A stretch of DNA of 64,000 nt from Mobula hypostoma. Taxonomy: Eukaryota. Below, piece by piece: positions 25,801 to 36,306 of the stretch (position 1 is the stretch's first letter; every line of letters begins with the position of its first letter). A program made the position numbers and the translations under genes. The notes under the pieces are model-generated. The model did not search any database. It worked only from the letters and a program-made list of their open reading frames with translations, and was not told the DNA's origin. The stretch lies in the NCBI RefSeq assembly GCF_963921235.1, contig NC_086108.1, positions 52,206,001 through 52,270,000 of the forward strand, in the 5' to 3' direction.

Positions 25801-28800
25801 TTTTTCTTTACACAATTTTGTATTAAATGATAAACTATAACAATTTTTGAGATCCCAACACTGGTGTATTTTTGGCACATACATCAAATATTTTGCACAG
25901 TCTGTTTTAATAAAACTGGAAAAGTCAGTGGTTGTCACAACATACAGTATGTGGCGGCACAAGGTTAAGTTTGTGGCGATGTAACATACTCTTACATGAA
26001 TTAGAGTTCAGTGGCTGACAAATTGAGAAAGGGCATAATTAAACTTGGGTGTGCTGTGTGTTATGTTCAGACAACCCCACAGCTATCCAGGCACACACAC
26101 GACCCATGGTTTCATGGGTAAAATAATAAGGGATAACCAAGAGCTGAATTATTAACACTCAGCAGTTCGAGGAAGAATAAATTAAACTCGAGACAAACTG
26201 TATCTAATCTCAAAGAGAAATGATCTGTATGCAAGAAAGAAATTAATTTAATTTGTTTTTCTTTACCAAATGCAGAGTATGGTGAAGTTGATTTACAAGA
26301 ACACTTATACCCATCCTCCATGAAGAAAATGACCCAGCGACACTTTACCCAAGGGAAACCACACTTCTCAGCCTCCCATCCTGTCTTTTCACTTCCACTT
26401 TCAATCAAGTCTTGCCTGAGGAGGGAGCTTACTTTTGAAAATGACGGGAAACCTGATGAAATTGCCACCCTCCATCAACATATCAATGACCTCAAAGCCC
26501 AACTGATTAAATCTGACAAGGTCATCCGCAGCCTGCAGTCTCGGATCCGCTCCTTCTCGATGACTAGTGATTATGCCTCCAGTCTGGAGAAAGCACAGGC
26601 CCAAGGTGATGTATTTGAAGCATTGCAGCTTGATGAGCTGGAAGATGATGAAGATACTTGGCAGTCTGATGGAGGTGACCAGTACCCACCAATGACACAG
26701 TCCAACATGGAAATAAAGAAGCTCATTCACAGGGTTACCACTCTAGAATCACAGCTAAAGCATGCAAAAATGGAAAATACATCAGATAAAATTGCTTCCT
26801 GGTCAGGGTAAATATTATCAAAACATTCTTTTATTAACTACTATTGTTTTTACTTTCATCTTACAATGTTGCTCCTCACTTGAAAGCAGTTACATATGTT
26901 GAATGTAATTCTTTCTACCTAAGCAGCTGTCCAGTATCTTGTCAAAGAGGCCATTATAGGTGCTGTTTTGATCAGTGGGCTTCATCATTATTGAGCTTCA
27001 TCTTGCCTTGCCTATGGAGATCAACACTCTGGTCAATGGGTTTTAGATGGTACTGAGTGTGAACCTAACTGATTTCTCCTTAACACATTGAATATTAAGT
27101 CTGCTGTAGAAATCTAGCAATATAAATTGACAAATGTTATCCTTGGTTAATTTTATAGAATGAATATTTAACTATTTAAAATTGGAGTTTGTAGTGTTTG
27201 TATCCCACTGTTATATTTCCATTATAATCAAACTAAATGGATGGAAAGTTCTTGACTATCTATCTATATCTATATATATATATATATACACACGCACGCA
27301 CATTGGGTGTTTGTCATTTTTTTTTTAATAGGTTCTTTTGGGTTCTTGTTTTGTGGCTGCCTGAAAGGAGATGAATCTCAGGGTTGTATATTGTATACAT
27401 ACTTCGATAATAAATGTACTTTCAACTTTGAACCACTAATTCTGCTTGCATATGGATTTCATTCTCATTCAGTTGTCACTGTGTTGTATTCTGAATTCCA
27501 TGTAAGAGTGATTTCACTACAGGAAAGCCAGAGAGGTCTTTAATTAAATGCATTATCCTAAACTGGATACCTTTTCCTTACATTCTGTTCCACGTATTAA
27601 GAACTTGTCTCATCATAAATATAATTTGAGACAATGATGCCATCTTTGGAAGTCTCCATTCATTTTCACATTGAAGAATAAAAGGAATTATTTGCCTCAT
27701 CATTTCTGAATTTTAGACACCTTCGAAGTAATTTTACAGTCAACAAGATTATAGTAATTACATTGAACTGAATAATCAGATTTTTTTTCTGGTGACATTG
27801 TTTGAGGGAGGAAGATCATTCAGAATACTGGAAGAAATCCCAACCAAGCCTTGAATTTTGTAACATAGGATCTTTGATGCCTTTCAGACCAGAAATTTAG
27901 TTTTAAGATACATTTGAAAGTTGTGACACTCTACAATACAGTACTTTCTTGGTATTGCACTAAACATTAGCATAGATTTGAAATGAATTGATTCCACAAC
28001 CTTAGGACATCATCATGTCTGTACCTTACTTTCCATCCGATCTTTTACCCTACCTCTTTCTCATATTCAATTCTGCTTTGCACTCCAGGAAATACAACTG
28101 TTTGATCCAGATCCAAGCTCGAGAGCTCTCCCACCTCCGTCAGAAGATGCGTGAAGGCAGAGGTGTCTGCCATATTCTGAAACAACACCTAGGCGATACC
28201 ACCAAGTCCTTTGAGGAGTTGCTAAGAGCAAATGATATTGATTACTATATGGGACAGAGCTTCCGAGATCAGTTAGCACAAGGAAGCCAACTGGCAGAGA
28301 GGATCACTCATAAGCTGGCTGGTCGTAAGTTGTTTTTCTATTTTCCTTGAACTGGCATTTTTAATGGCATCGTTATATGATGTACTGTTACATACTTGTC
28401 GTGTCCAATTCAGACAGAAAATTGCTATGAGCTCTTCACTTAAGTCCCAAGCAATTCCGATGGCTAAACAATTAAACAGATTGCACAGTCATGCCATTTT
28501 GCAATGAGACCCAATCTCCTATCCACATTCAGACTGACATTAACTAATCTCAACCAAAGTAGCAACAAAGCAATCATGAAAAAGAAGTGATTGCATTAGA
28601 TTGCATTCTTCAGATCTCATGACAGTTCAAGGCATTTCAGAGTGAGCAGTATAAAATTGTTGAGTAGACTCTAGCAGAATCTCATCCATCAAAACAAATA
28701 ACCAAGTAATGTATTTTGGTTATTGTTTAAAGGATATGTGTTGGTAAAGGTATTAGGAGGAACTCTTAGCTCTTGAGATTTTTCATGTCCACTTGAATAG

Positions 28801-29276
28801 AAACTTGGTGTATCAGTCTCATTCAAAATATGACAGGTCCATAATCACAGTCTTCCTTCAGTTTTGGGCTGAAGTGTGGGCTAAGAATATTAGATTAGAT
28901 TAGATTCAACTTTATTGTCATTGTGCCGAGTACAGATACAAAGCCAATGAAATGCAATTAGCATCTGACCAGAAGTGCAAAGAATAGTATTATTTACAAA
29001 ATAACTGCGAAGAAAAAGTAAGTGCTACAGCATACAAATATACAATGGACAGCCTGCAGACCCAGAGGCAGGTGCCTTCACTGAGTTTCTTTTTTGGATA
29101 AATGATAAATCCTTGTTCTTTAATTTGTGATAGCTAACAATGTTTTGTCTGTACATTTGGCTTAATTGGTCATTGAAATAGATTTAGTAATTTACTAATG
29201 TTTTGCTGTAATTGCTTACATACATTGCAGGAGTTCCTTTGGATAGCAAAAGTGACCAGGAGCTATTTATTGCCAG
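1766..29276 (+). CDS. pde4dip: Myomegalin / PDE4D-interacting protein family gene, partial spliced CDS of 8 internal exons: 1766-1857, 4181-4401, 7022-7454, 10224-10398, 15841-15957, 26276-26807, 28089-28324, 29231-29276. The gene extends beyond the window at the 5' end and probably the 3' end.
   Basis: All exons have AG/GT boundaries and chain in frame (phases 1-0-2-0-1-1-2-1-2). Peptides [24 protein letters not shown] and [25 protein letters not shown]...[24 protein letters not shown] match vertebrate PDE4DIP as I recall it, much better than CDK5RAP2. A myomegalin-like paralogue is not excluded. Confidence 0.85.
2335..3430 (+). mobile_element. CR1 LINE, decayed 3' RT region and tail
   Basis: Typical CR1 3' motifs (ggcaaatgcaatgttag, ttggagtattgt, gatgaggaggaatttctttagccag) shared with the copy at 14285-15370. 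Confidence 0.8.
2535..2649 (+). mobile_element. Penelope-like 3' tail fragment inserted in CR1, 12-bp TSD
   Basis: TSD tttcctaagtta at 2523-2534 and 2650-2661. The insert carries gatgctgcc.gacctgctgagttcctcca and ccagcatctgcag, like the Penelope tails at 13990-14070 and 31670-31745. Confidence 0.75.
3500..3778. repeat. Degenerate local tandem duplication (two units, ~120-150 bp)
   Basis: cattcatat.gatgtta and tgtacagtgc.aactc..attaa.taatgttgatcacatg.cactc..tatttt each occur at both ~3500-3647 and ~3664-3778. Confidence 0.7.
4181..4401 (+). CDS. pde4dip: Myomegalin-like exon [20 protein letters not shown]...[13 protein letters not shown](D)
   Basis: Acceptor ttttag| at 4180, with an in-frame alternative tttacag| at 4189. 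73 open codons. Donor GA|gtaaat in phase 2 joins the C at 7022 to give GAC. Confidence 0.65.
7022..7454 (+). CDS. pde4dip: Myomegalin-like exon C, coiled coil ([30 protein letters not shown]...[19 protein letters not shown])
   Basis: ORF 7041-7475, acceptor ccttgaag|, donor CAG|gttagt, heptad pattern, phases fit both neighbours. Confidence 0.85.
7765..8335 (+). mobile_element. Old CR1 3' fragment
   Basis: Decayed LYKTLV/HLDYCV/LDKVQK coding remnants followed by a CR1 3' UTR. Confidence 0.7.
9290..9525 (-). mobile_element. Decayed tRNA-derived V-SINE
   Basis: ttgggatgtggaaaaaaac...aactccacacagatggcacc resembles the V-domain copy at 50770-50915. Confidence 0.55.
10224..10398 (+). CDS. pde4dip: Myomegalin-like exon [10 protein letters not shown]...[27 protein letters not shown]
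   Basis: atccag| acceptor, A|gtatgt donor, phase 0 to 1. LQEKL..EATV.AQ is a PDE4DIP/CDK5RAP2 family motif. Confidence 0.88.
10862..13000 (-). mobile_element. Rex1/Babar-type LINE 3' fragment, split by the CR1 at 10945-12298
   Basis: [12 protein letters not shown]...[12 protein letters not shown] and [15 protein letters not shown]...[14 protein letters not shown], with a cagaatc-type tail at 10861. Confidence 0.8.
10945..12298 (-). mobile_element. CR1 LINE (RT to 3' tail, internally deleted), nested in a Rex1 3' region
   Basis: ORF 11676-12107 [12 protein letters not shown]...[11 protein letters not shown]...[13 protein letters not shown], with CR1 tail near 10950. Confidence 0.88.
13283..13318 (-). 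ncRNA. Minimal type I hammerhead ribozyme motif, antisense copy
   Basis: Reverse complement reads AGTC-CTGACGA-AAG(gtctcgg)CCT-GAAA-CGTC-GACT. Core intact, one stem II mismatch. Confidence 0.68.
13947..13982 (+). ncRNA. Minimal type I hammerhead ribozyme motif (Penelope-associated)
   Basis: AGTC-CTGACGA-AGG(gtctcag)CCT-GAAA-CGTC-GACT: intact CUGANGA and GAAA core, stem I AGTC/GACT, stem II AGG/CCT, palindromic ACGT stem III, GUC cleavage triplet ending at 13978. Confidence 0.75.
14285..15370 (+). mobile_element. CR1 LINE 3' RT and tail, containing a 45-bp Penelope tail insertion (14468-14512)
   Basis: ORFs [17 protein letters not shown] and HLEYCEQFW...[13 protein letters not shown]. The insert is flanked by a 16-bp TSD ttagacagattggaaa (14452-14467, 14513-14528). 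Confidence 0.88.
15841..15957 (+). CDS. pde4dip: Myomegalin-like exon [39 protein letters not shown]
   Basis: ctttccccag| acceptor, CAG|gtaaag donor, highly conserved [16 protein letters not shown] motif, symmetric phase 1-1 (117 nt). Confidence 0.93.
16710..18690 (-). mobile_element. Rex1/Babar-type LINE, decayed RT and 3' tail
   Basis: ORFs [14 protein letters not shown]...FAYQH...ADAISLAFH...[11 protein letters not shown]...[10 protein letters not shown] and [17 protein letters not shown]. Confidence 0.88.
19623..20555 (-). mobile_element. Gypsy (Gmr1-like) LTR retrotransposon fragment: RT/RNase H remnant, PPT and 3' LTR (19623-20039)
   Basis: - strand encodes [27 protein letters not shown] and [18 protein letters not shown]...RWYLELQPF...ADFLSR. 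PPT ggagaggagggtggtaa abuts an LTR reading TGTGAC...TGTTACA. Confidence 0.85.
20815..23718 (+). mobile_element. CR1 3' fragment (20815-21056 plus 23480-23718), split by a younger CR1
   Basis: [14 protein letters not shown]...[18 protein letters not shown] continues after the insertion as ggggaacttcttcactcagagagtggtg...ttctatggttcta. Confidence 0.8.
21057..23480 (-). mobile_element. Young 5'-truncated CR1 LINE (ORF2 RT with few lesions)
   Basis: ORFs 22160-23317, 21710-22084 ([13 protein letters not shown]...KFADDTK), 21459-21680 and 21228-21440, with a tagaacatagaacatag tail at 21057. Confidence 0.93.
26276..26807 (+). CDS. pde4dip: Myomegalin-like exon F ([40 protein letters not shown]...[15 protein letters not shown])
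   Basis: ORF 26320-26811, aatgcag| acceptor, GG|gtaaat donor, phase 1 to 2, RS.S.TSDY.SSLE motif of PDE4DIP. Confidence 0.9.
27257..27302. repeat. Compound microsatellite (CTAT/AT/AC/ACGC)
   Basis: ctatctatctatatctatatatatatatatatacacacgcacgcaca. Confidence 0.8.
28089..28324 (+). CDS. pde4dip: Myomegalin-like exon G ([30 protein letters not shown]...[11 protein letters not shown])
   Basis: ctccag| acceptor, C|gtaagt donor, phase 2 to 1. Conserved coiled coil shared by PDE4DIP and NBPF proteins. Confidence 0.93.
28890..29042 (-). mobile_element. Short non-LTR 3' tail ending in (TAATC)n
   Basis: (gatta)n followed by ctttattgtcattg, the reverse complement of aatgacaataaa. The same tail type ends 52919-53598. 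Confidence 0.55.
29231..29276 (+). CDS. pde4dip: Myomegalin-like exon H, short: (R)[14 protein letters not shown](R)
   Basis: cattgcag| acceptor, AG|gtaagg donor, phase 1 to 2. Position and the split-Arg ending match the short PDE4DIP exon that ends ...LALR. Confidence 0.75.
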
Positions 29277-30059
29277 GTAAGGCACTGATGCTTAGAGACA
29301 TGAGCAAGGCTCACTAAGTGGTCTGATGACTTTAGTGTATGAATACTGTGATTGTAATATTCAGATGTTAAATTCCTTCTGGGTGCTCTTTGCACAATTG
29401 TAGTTAATCTTGGCAGGGAGATGAATATAAGACAAACCTGTGCTATGTGAGGTTTATTGCATTTGTAAAGAAATTATTGTCAGCTGAAGAAACTTGATAA
29501 TAATCTTGACACCCTTTTTGTGCACTCCAGTTTGTGATTGTACCTGATTATGCAACAACAAAGGAAGTATAAATGGAGGAAAAAATTTAAGATGCACTGG
29601 AGTGACTGGACTCAGTTACTGTCTCTCTTATACATTTACATTGGAATCCACACCTCTGTGGATTCAGCCCTAGAGAACACCCTCAAGCATGAATTATCTG
29701 TGCAATACTGGCTGGAATTTCAGAATAAATGTGTGTAGTGATAACATTTTTAGACAACATCATTTGAAGAAATTGGAGTGAAGTAGGTTTAATTTGTGTG
29801 TAACTTGAGAAGGCACTGGATATGGAGTTTTTCTTTTAGTTAGAAAACTGTAGGTATTCTGTGTAAAAGGACTTGCAAAAGCAAAAACGTTGAATTCATT
29901 GGTATTTCTCAATAGTACGATTGGAAGTGTACTGTACATTTTGCAACAGAAGTGCAACAAGCCCATTTTCTTTAGAGCTGCTACAGGTCATGCACTGAAA
30001 TCATTATGACATCTATAATTCACTGATAAGGAACTTCTAATTCCAGTACTGCACCTCTT

Positions 30060-30935
30060 TTCAGATTTGAAATGTGAATGACTGCAGTCTGCAAAATGTG
30101 GTGATGAAATATGGTACAAAAGTGGAATCACAGGTAGCAAAGATTGTGAAAGGATACAGAGGAATATAAATCAGTGGGAAGGTTGGGTGGAACATCTGGA
30201 ATTTAATCCAGATAAGTGTAAGGCGATGTGATTTGGGAAGGCAGTTGTTAAAAGGACATACACAGTAACTGGCAAAAGCCTGGGGTATGTTGATATACCG
30301 AGGTACATTGGAGTGTGAGTCCATAGCTCTCTGAGAATGGTGACACGGGGTGAATAATGCTAAGGCATTGAGTATAAGAAGTGGGATGTCACAATGTAGC
30401 TGTACAAAACATTAGTCAGGACACATTAGGAGCATTGTGTATAGTTCTGGTCGCCACACTTTGGGAAGGATGTGGTACAGTTAGAAAGAATACAGAAGAG
30501 ATTCATTAGGATTTTACCTGGAATGTAGAACTTATAAATGGAGGCTTATTCTCACTGGGATGTAGAGGGCTGAGTGAATGATCTCCTGAAAGTTTATAAA
30601 ATTGTAAGGAACGTAAACGGGTTAAATAATCTAAGTCTTTTTTTCCTCAGGTGAGGGAGTCTAAAACTTGAGGATATATTTTTAAGGTGAGAGGGGAGAA
30701 ATTTAAAGGTGATCTGAGGGGCAGGTTTTTCACACAGCAGTTGGTGATTATATGGAATGAGCTGCCAGAGGAAGTGGTAAAGGGAGATAAATTGGAATGT
30801 TTAAAGTGCATTTGGACAGGTACTTGGATAGGAACGAAGCAGAGTGATGCAGTGCTAAAGGAATTATGTAGAGGCATCACATTCAGCATTGGTGAGATGG
30901 GCAAATGACCCAGTTCTGTGCTGTACAAATCTATG
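30060..30935 (+). mobile_element. Old CR1 3' RT and tail
   Basis: Decayed FNPDKC, HIRSIVYSSG/FWSP and MRGEKFKGDLRGRFFTQ..VIIWNELPEEVV. Confidence 0.8.
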
Positions 30936-31002
30936 ACCAAGCAAACAGATCAGCAGTCCTTAAAGACATCATCTGAGGCTGGCAAAAACTTGACTTAAGT
31001 TT

Positions 31003-31752
31003 TTGGTGTGATATACTGCGTCCGGTGCTCCTGGTGTGGCCTTCTATATATTGGTGAGACCCAATGCAGACTGGGAGACCGTTTCGCTGAACACCTACAC
31101 TCTGTCCACCAGAGAAAGCAGGACCTCCCAGTGGCCACACATTTTAATTCCACATCCCATTCCCATTCTGATATGTCTATCCATGGCCTCTACTGTCAAG
31201 CTGAAGCCACACTCGGGTTGGAGGAACAACACCTTATATTCCGTCTGGGTAGCCTCCAACCTGATGGCATGAACGTTGATTTCTCTAACTTCCCTTAATG
31301 CCCCTCATCCCCTTCTTACCCCATCCTTTGTTTATCTATCTATTTACTTATTTATTTATTTCCCCCTTTATTTCTCTCTCTCTGTCCCTCTCACAATAAC
31401 TCCTTGCCTGCTCTCCATCTTCCTCTGGTGCTCCTCTCCTCCCATCCCATGATCCTCTCCTCCCGTCCCATGATCCTCCCCCTTCTCCAGCTCTGTATCC
31501 CTTTTGCCAGTCAATTTTCCAGCTCTTACCTCCATCCCTCCCCCTCCTGTCTTCTCCTATCATTTTGGATCTCCCCCTCCCCAACCCACTTTCAAATCTC
31601 TTACTATCTCTTCTTTCAGTTAGTCCTGACGAAGGGTCTCAGCCCAAAATGTCGACTGTGCTTCTTCCTATGGATACCGTCTGGCCTGCTACGTTCCACC
31701 AGCATTTTGTGTGTGTTGCTTGAATTTCCAGCATCTGCAGATTTCCTCGTGT
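31003..31752 (+). mobile_element. Penelope-like element 3' part: GIY-YIG endonuclease C-terminus and 3' tail with a mutated hammerhead motif (31622-31657)
   Basis: ORF 31008-31298 IYCVRCSWCGLLYIGETQCRLGDRFAEH...PVATHFN...[17 protein letters not shown]. 8-bp TSD ttaagttt at 30995-31002 and 31753-31760. Confidence 0.9.
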
Positions 31753-31859
31753 TTAAGTTTATTCTATTTATTAGGTTTCAAATTAAAACTGCAGTCTGAA
31801 GCAAAAGGCTTTTTACCATTAAGCAGTGATACTGATAATTGAATAAATCTCCATATTCG

Positions 31860-32195
31860 GCAGAGGATTACACCCGTCAAGCACCCTTTTACACTAATCC
31901 TGTCTTTTATTTTCCCCACATTCCCATCAAGCTTCCCCTGCCCTCCACCTCAACCACCTCTCCCCCCCTCCCCCCCCCAAATTCCTGATTCTATTACATG
32001 TATAAAAACAAGTTACAAGTTACAGTGGCCAGTTAACCATCAAACCCAGTGTTTTTTGGGTTGGGGGTTAGGGGAAAGCTGGAGCACCTGGAGGAAGCCT
32101 ATGGTCACGGGGAGAGCATTCAGTCTACACCCGAGGCCAGGATTGAACCTTGGTGGCCAAAGCTGTGAGGCAGTAGCTTCACTCACTGTGTCCCT
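31860..32195 (-). mobile_element. tRNA-derived V-SINE
   Basis: ggagcacctggaggaagcc.atggtcacggggagagc...aggattgaacc (V-domain and B-box reverse complement). Confidence 0.65.
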
Positions 32196-32702
32196 GTACC
32201 CTCTTCTAGCTGTGCCTGGGTAATGCCACCATGGACTGATGAGTGGGAAATTACATTTGCCAAATCGTTTGGGGTATTTTGAGGTTGTAACTATCAGAAT
32301 ATACAGTATAGGATAAATTAGTTAATATGGTGTAGTTAGACTTACAGATCCCTTTCAATGAAGTGCAACTCCAGAAATATTAAACAAAATTAAAGTGTGT
32401 CTTATTTTCAGTAATAGACTGGCGTGGACTGAGGATTAGTTAACAGACTGATGATAAAAGGATCATTTTTGCACTAAGCAGCTATTTGGATGCGGGGAAG
32501 AGGGATGTTATGTTGAAGTTTGTTGATGGTTCTAAGTTCGGCCACAATATGGACTGTGAAGAGGATGCAGAGAGGTTTTAAAGGGATTCAGAGAGGCTGA
32601 GTAAATGGCAGAAGTGTGTCAAATGACATGGCTGAATGAGACATCATCAACTACTGCAGAAAAATAGAAAGAATGGATATGTTTTTAAATAAGAGAAAGT
32701 TG

Positions 32703-33493
32703 CGCGTTTTTACTCGCATATTAATCCTTTCTGTGATAAATGTTCGGGGCAGATAGCCTCTTTAACTCATATGTTTTGGTCTTGCCCTACTTTGGAAACT
32801 TTTTGGAGAGATATTTTCAATATTATTTCTAAGGTATTAAATATAGATATCTCTCCTCACCCTATTACTGCTATCTTTGGACTACCTAAAATTTCTAGTA
32901 ATCTTTCCCCTTCAGCCCGTAGAATGATTGCATTTCTTACTTTAATGGCGAAAAGATGTATTTTACAACATTGGAAAGAGCTTAATGCTCCAACTACCTT
33001 TTTTTGGTTTTCTCAGACGATTTTATGTTTGAATTTGGAGAAAATTAGAAGTAACCTTTATGATTCTTCATTTAAATTTGAACAGATTTGGGGACCTTTT
33101 ATTCGATATTTTCATTTAATGTAATATTTACCCTTCTTGTTTTTTTTTCACTGTTTTTAATGGAGGTTGGGATTGAGGACGTGATTTTAAGTTTAACTCT
33201 GTTTGGTTTCAAGTTAGCCCATTGCTTTGCCTTGCTTTTAGTTAGCTGCACGGTGGGTTTTTTTTTTTGGAGTTTTTTTTTCTTTTTTTTCCATTGATAT
33301 ATATAAAATTTAGTATACTATTATGTTATCTTGGTTTCTTATGTTTAAATTACATTGTTTGTAGTAATTTCTTTTTGGTATTGATATCTTTTGGAATTTT
33401 ATTATACCTTAACATTGTATTAATGTTTATATGGCTTACCTTTTTTGTATACTTACTCAATAAAGAGATTTAAAAAGAAAGAAAAGAAAAAGA
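32703..33493 (+). mobile_element. L1-clade LINE 3' end with 12-bp TSD
   Basis: CCHC zinc knuckle CDKCSGQIASLTHMFWSC (ORF 32771-33124), T-rich 3' UTR, AATAAA and A-rich tail. TSD aagagaaagttg at 32691-32702 and 33494-33505. Confidence 0.88.
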
Positions 33494-33627
33494 AAGAGAA
33501 AGTTGTAGGTGTCTGGAGGGATTTGTACCCAAATCACTGAAAGTTAATTTGCAGGTTCGGCAAGCTATTAGGAAAGCACATAGTACATTGATCTTTACTG
33601 CAAACAGTTTTGAGTACAAGAATTGGG

Positions 33628-34130
33628 ATTATTGCTACAATGTCAGCAAGGCCAAGGAGCTGATTATTGACTTCAGGAGGAGGAAACCAAAGGTCCATGA
33701 GCCAGTGCTCATGGGGGTTCAGCGGTGGAACGGGACAACAACTCTAAATTCCTCGGTGCTATAATTTCAGAGGATCTGGTCTAGGTCCACATCAGTACCA
33801 TTAGAAAGAAAGCATGGCAGTGCCTCTACATCCGTAGAGGTTTGCGAAGATTCGGCGTGTTATCTAAAACTTTGGCAAAGTTCTATAGATGTGTGGTGGA
33901 GAGTATATTGGCTGGCTGCAGACTGGTATGGAAACACCAATGCCCTTGAATGGAAAGCCCTACAAAACGTAGTGGATACGGTCCTGTCCATCACAAGTAA
34001 AGCCCTCCCCACCATTCTGTTTCTTGTATTTACTAGGAATGCCCACAAGAAATTAATTTCAGAGTTGTATATGGTGATATATATGTACTTTGATAATAAA
34101 TTTATTTTATACTTTGAACTTCGAACTTTG
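33628..34130 (+). mobile_element. Rex1/Babar 3' fragment
   Basis: NVSKAKELIIDFRRRK and [19 protein letters not shown], with a tttgaac-repeat tail. Confidence 0.75.
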
Positions 34131-34154
34131 AATTATATTGAGCCTATTTGATAT

Positions 34155-34742
34155 CACAGGTAGACAGGGTCATAAAGAAATCTTTTGGCACATTGACCTT
34201 CATAAATCAATGGTCTAAGTTGGAGATCTGTATGCAGTTTTGGTCACCTCCCTATAGGAAAGATGTAAGTAAGATTGAAAGAGTGCAGAGAAAATTTACA
34301 AGATTTTGCCGAGACATGAGGACATGATTTATAGGCCAAGGTTAAGGTTAGGACTTTATTCCCTAGAACGTAGAAGAATGAGAGGAGATTTGAAAGAGGT
34401 TTACAAAATTGTGCCGGGTATAGTTAGGGTAAATGCAAGTAGGCTTTTCCGCTGAGGTTGGATGAGACTGCAACCAGAGGTCGTGGGTCAAGGGTGAAAG
34501 GGGAAACATGAGGGGAACTAATTCACTCAGAGGGTGGTGACATTGTGGAACAAACTGCCTGCATAAGTGGTGGATGCAAGGTCAATTTCAACATTTAAGA
34601 GAATTTTGGATAGGTACATGGATGAAAGGGGTGTGGAGGGCTATGGTCTGGGTGTGGCTGGATGGGACTAGGCAGATTAATGGGTCAGCATGGACTAGGT
34701 GGGCCGAGGAGCCAGTTTCTGTACTTTAGTACTCTATGACTG
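34155..34742 (+). mobile_element. CR1 3' fragment
   Basis: QFWSP.YRKDV..IERVQRKFTR remnants and a CR1 3' UTR ending ctctatgact. Confidence 0.75.
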
Positions 34743-36283
34743 AATCCAGAATGTTGTGTTCAGGTCTTGTGTTCCAGAACTGAACATATGCAGTCAATAT
34801 TAGGGACGTGGCATGGTCCAAATGTTCATAAATCATGTTATCTTTTTCAAGATGACATGTATCAAGATATTTTATATTTAAACTGAATATGTACCATTGC
34901 AATAAATATGAACCACTCCTGTGTGCTTTACCAGAAACTGTTTGATACTGTCTGTGTGTTTATTACACCAAGTATGTTTCACTTTGTTTTAATTGCCAAT
35001 TGCTCAGAAAGTCAGTATGAGCAGGTTCTTTTCTACCTGGTCTTACAGACTTTTTGAAAAGAACAATACAGAAAGTGTAAGGAGAAAGATCGCCCAAACT
35101 GACATAGATCTCAGAGAGAGGAGGAAAGGGGGAGGGAGAGAACCTTTGAAGATATCAACAGAAATCACTGAACTGTGAAAATAATGAACCTGTAACCAGG
35201 TATTTAGAGTCAGAATTTGGTTTCAAAGTTTGAAAAGGGAGAGAGCGTTGAGATAAGAATTAAAAACAGAAAATGTAGGAAATGCTGTGCATGTCAAAGC
35301 ATCCATTGAATGAGAAGCAAGGTTAATATTTCCTGTCAAAGAACCTTCACAAGAATTGTCCAGGTTTCAGATTCCCAGCATATGCTATTTATTTTCCTTT
35401 ACAGAGGCAAGAATAGTGTGTGCAGATATAAATACTGACTTGCCTGCTGTTCCTTTTTATGAAGTACATCAATCCATGTGGCTAGAGCAATTCCCAAAGT
35501 AAAGAGGGGTCCTCTTGGGGAAAATATGTTTCAATACTATTGATAGGAAATACCACTAATGTATTGAAAGCAGTTCAAAGGTGGTTTACAATGCCAGCAT
35601 ATAGAATGAAATAATTGTTTTATGAGGTAAGACTGTATAGGATACGCTTGGAGTTTTGAAGAGTGAAAGGCGATCTCATTGAAATGTATAAGATCCTGAG
35701 GGGCCTTGACAGGGAAAATGTGGATTTGATGGGAATGCTTCCTCCTATGGGAGAATCTAAGACATAGAGTTGATTTCTTTTAATTGAAATAAGATGCTGT
35801 TTACGTAATGTAGAGATGAGATGATTTCTTTTCTCTCTCAGATGGTTGGAGGTCTTTGGAATTCTTTTCCTCATTGGAACAGTCTGGAATTGTCTTTGTG
35901 TATTTTTAAGGTAAACATAGACAGACAGAGCTATTTGATAGGCAAAGGTTATAAAGGTATACTGTGGGTAAGCAAGAATGCAGAGCTGAGGTTGAAACCA
36001 GGTCAGGAATAATCTCATTAAATGAAAAGTACTATTTTCAATATCCTTTAAAAATATTTCACTCTACCATCAGGTGTGCCGTATGTTTTTATTGAAGTTG
36101 CTTGTGCTTTGAGCATTAAAGGTTTCCACAATTATTGTTCTCACTTCTATCAGTTATAAAAAAAAATTGGGCTGCTTCTCTGATGTGTTATATCTTTCCT
36201 CCTCGCCCTCTACTTTAAGGTATCACTGCGCACAATTCAAATTTATTTGATAACCTGAACTCTCAGCTCCAACTCAACAACGT

Positions 36284-36306
36284 ATGTGTGTGTGTGTGTG
36301 TGTGTG
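36284..36306. repeat. (GT)n microsatellite
   Basis: Uninterrupted run of tg repeats. Confidence 0.85.

Noticed and set aside
31622..31657. Functional hammerhead ribozyme
   Set aside because: The catalytic GAAA is mutated to AAAA and the stem III palindrome is lost.
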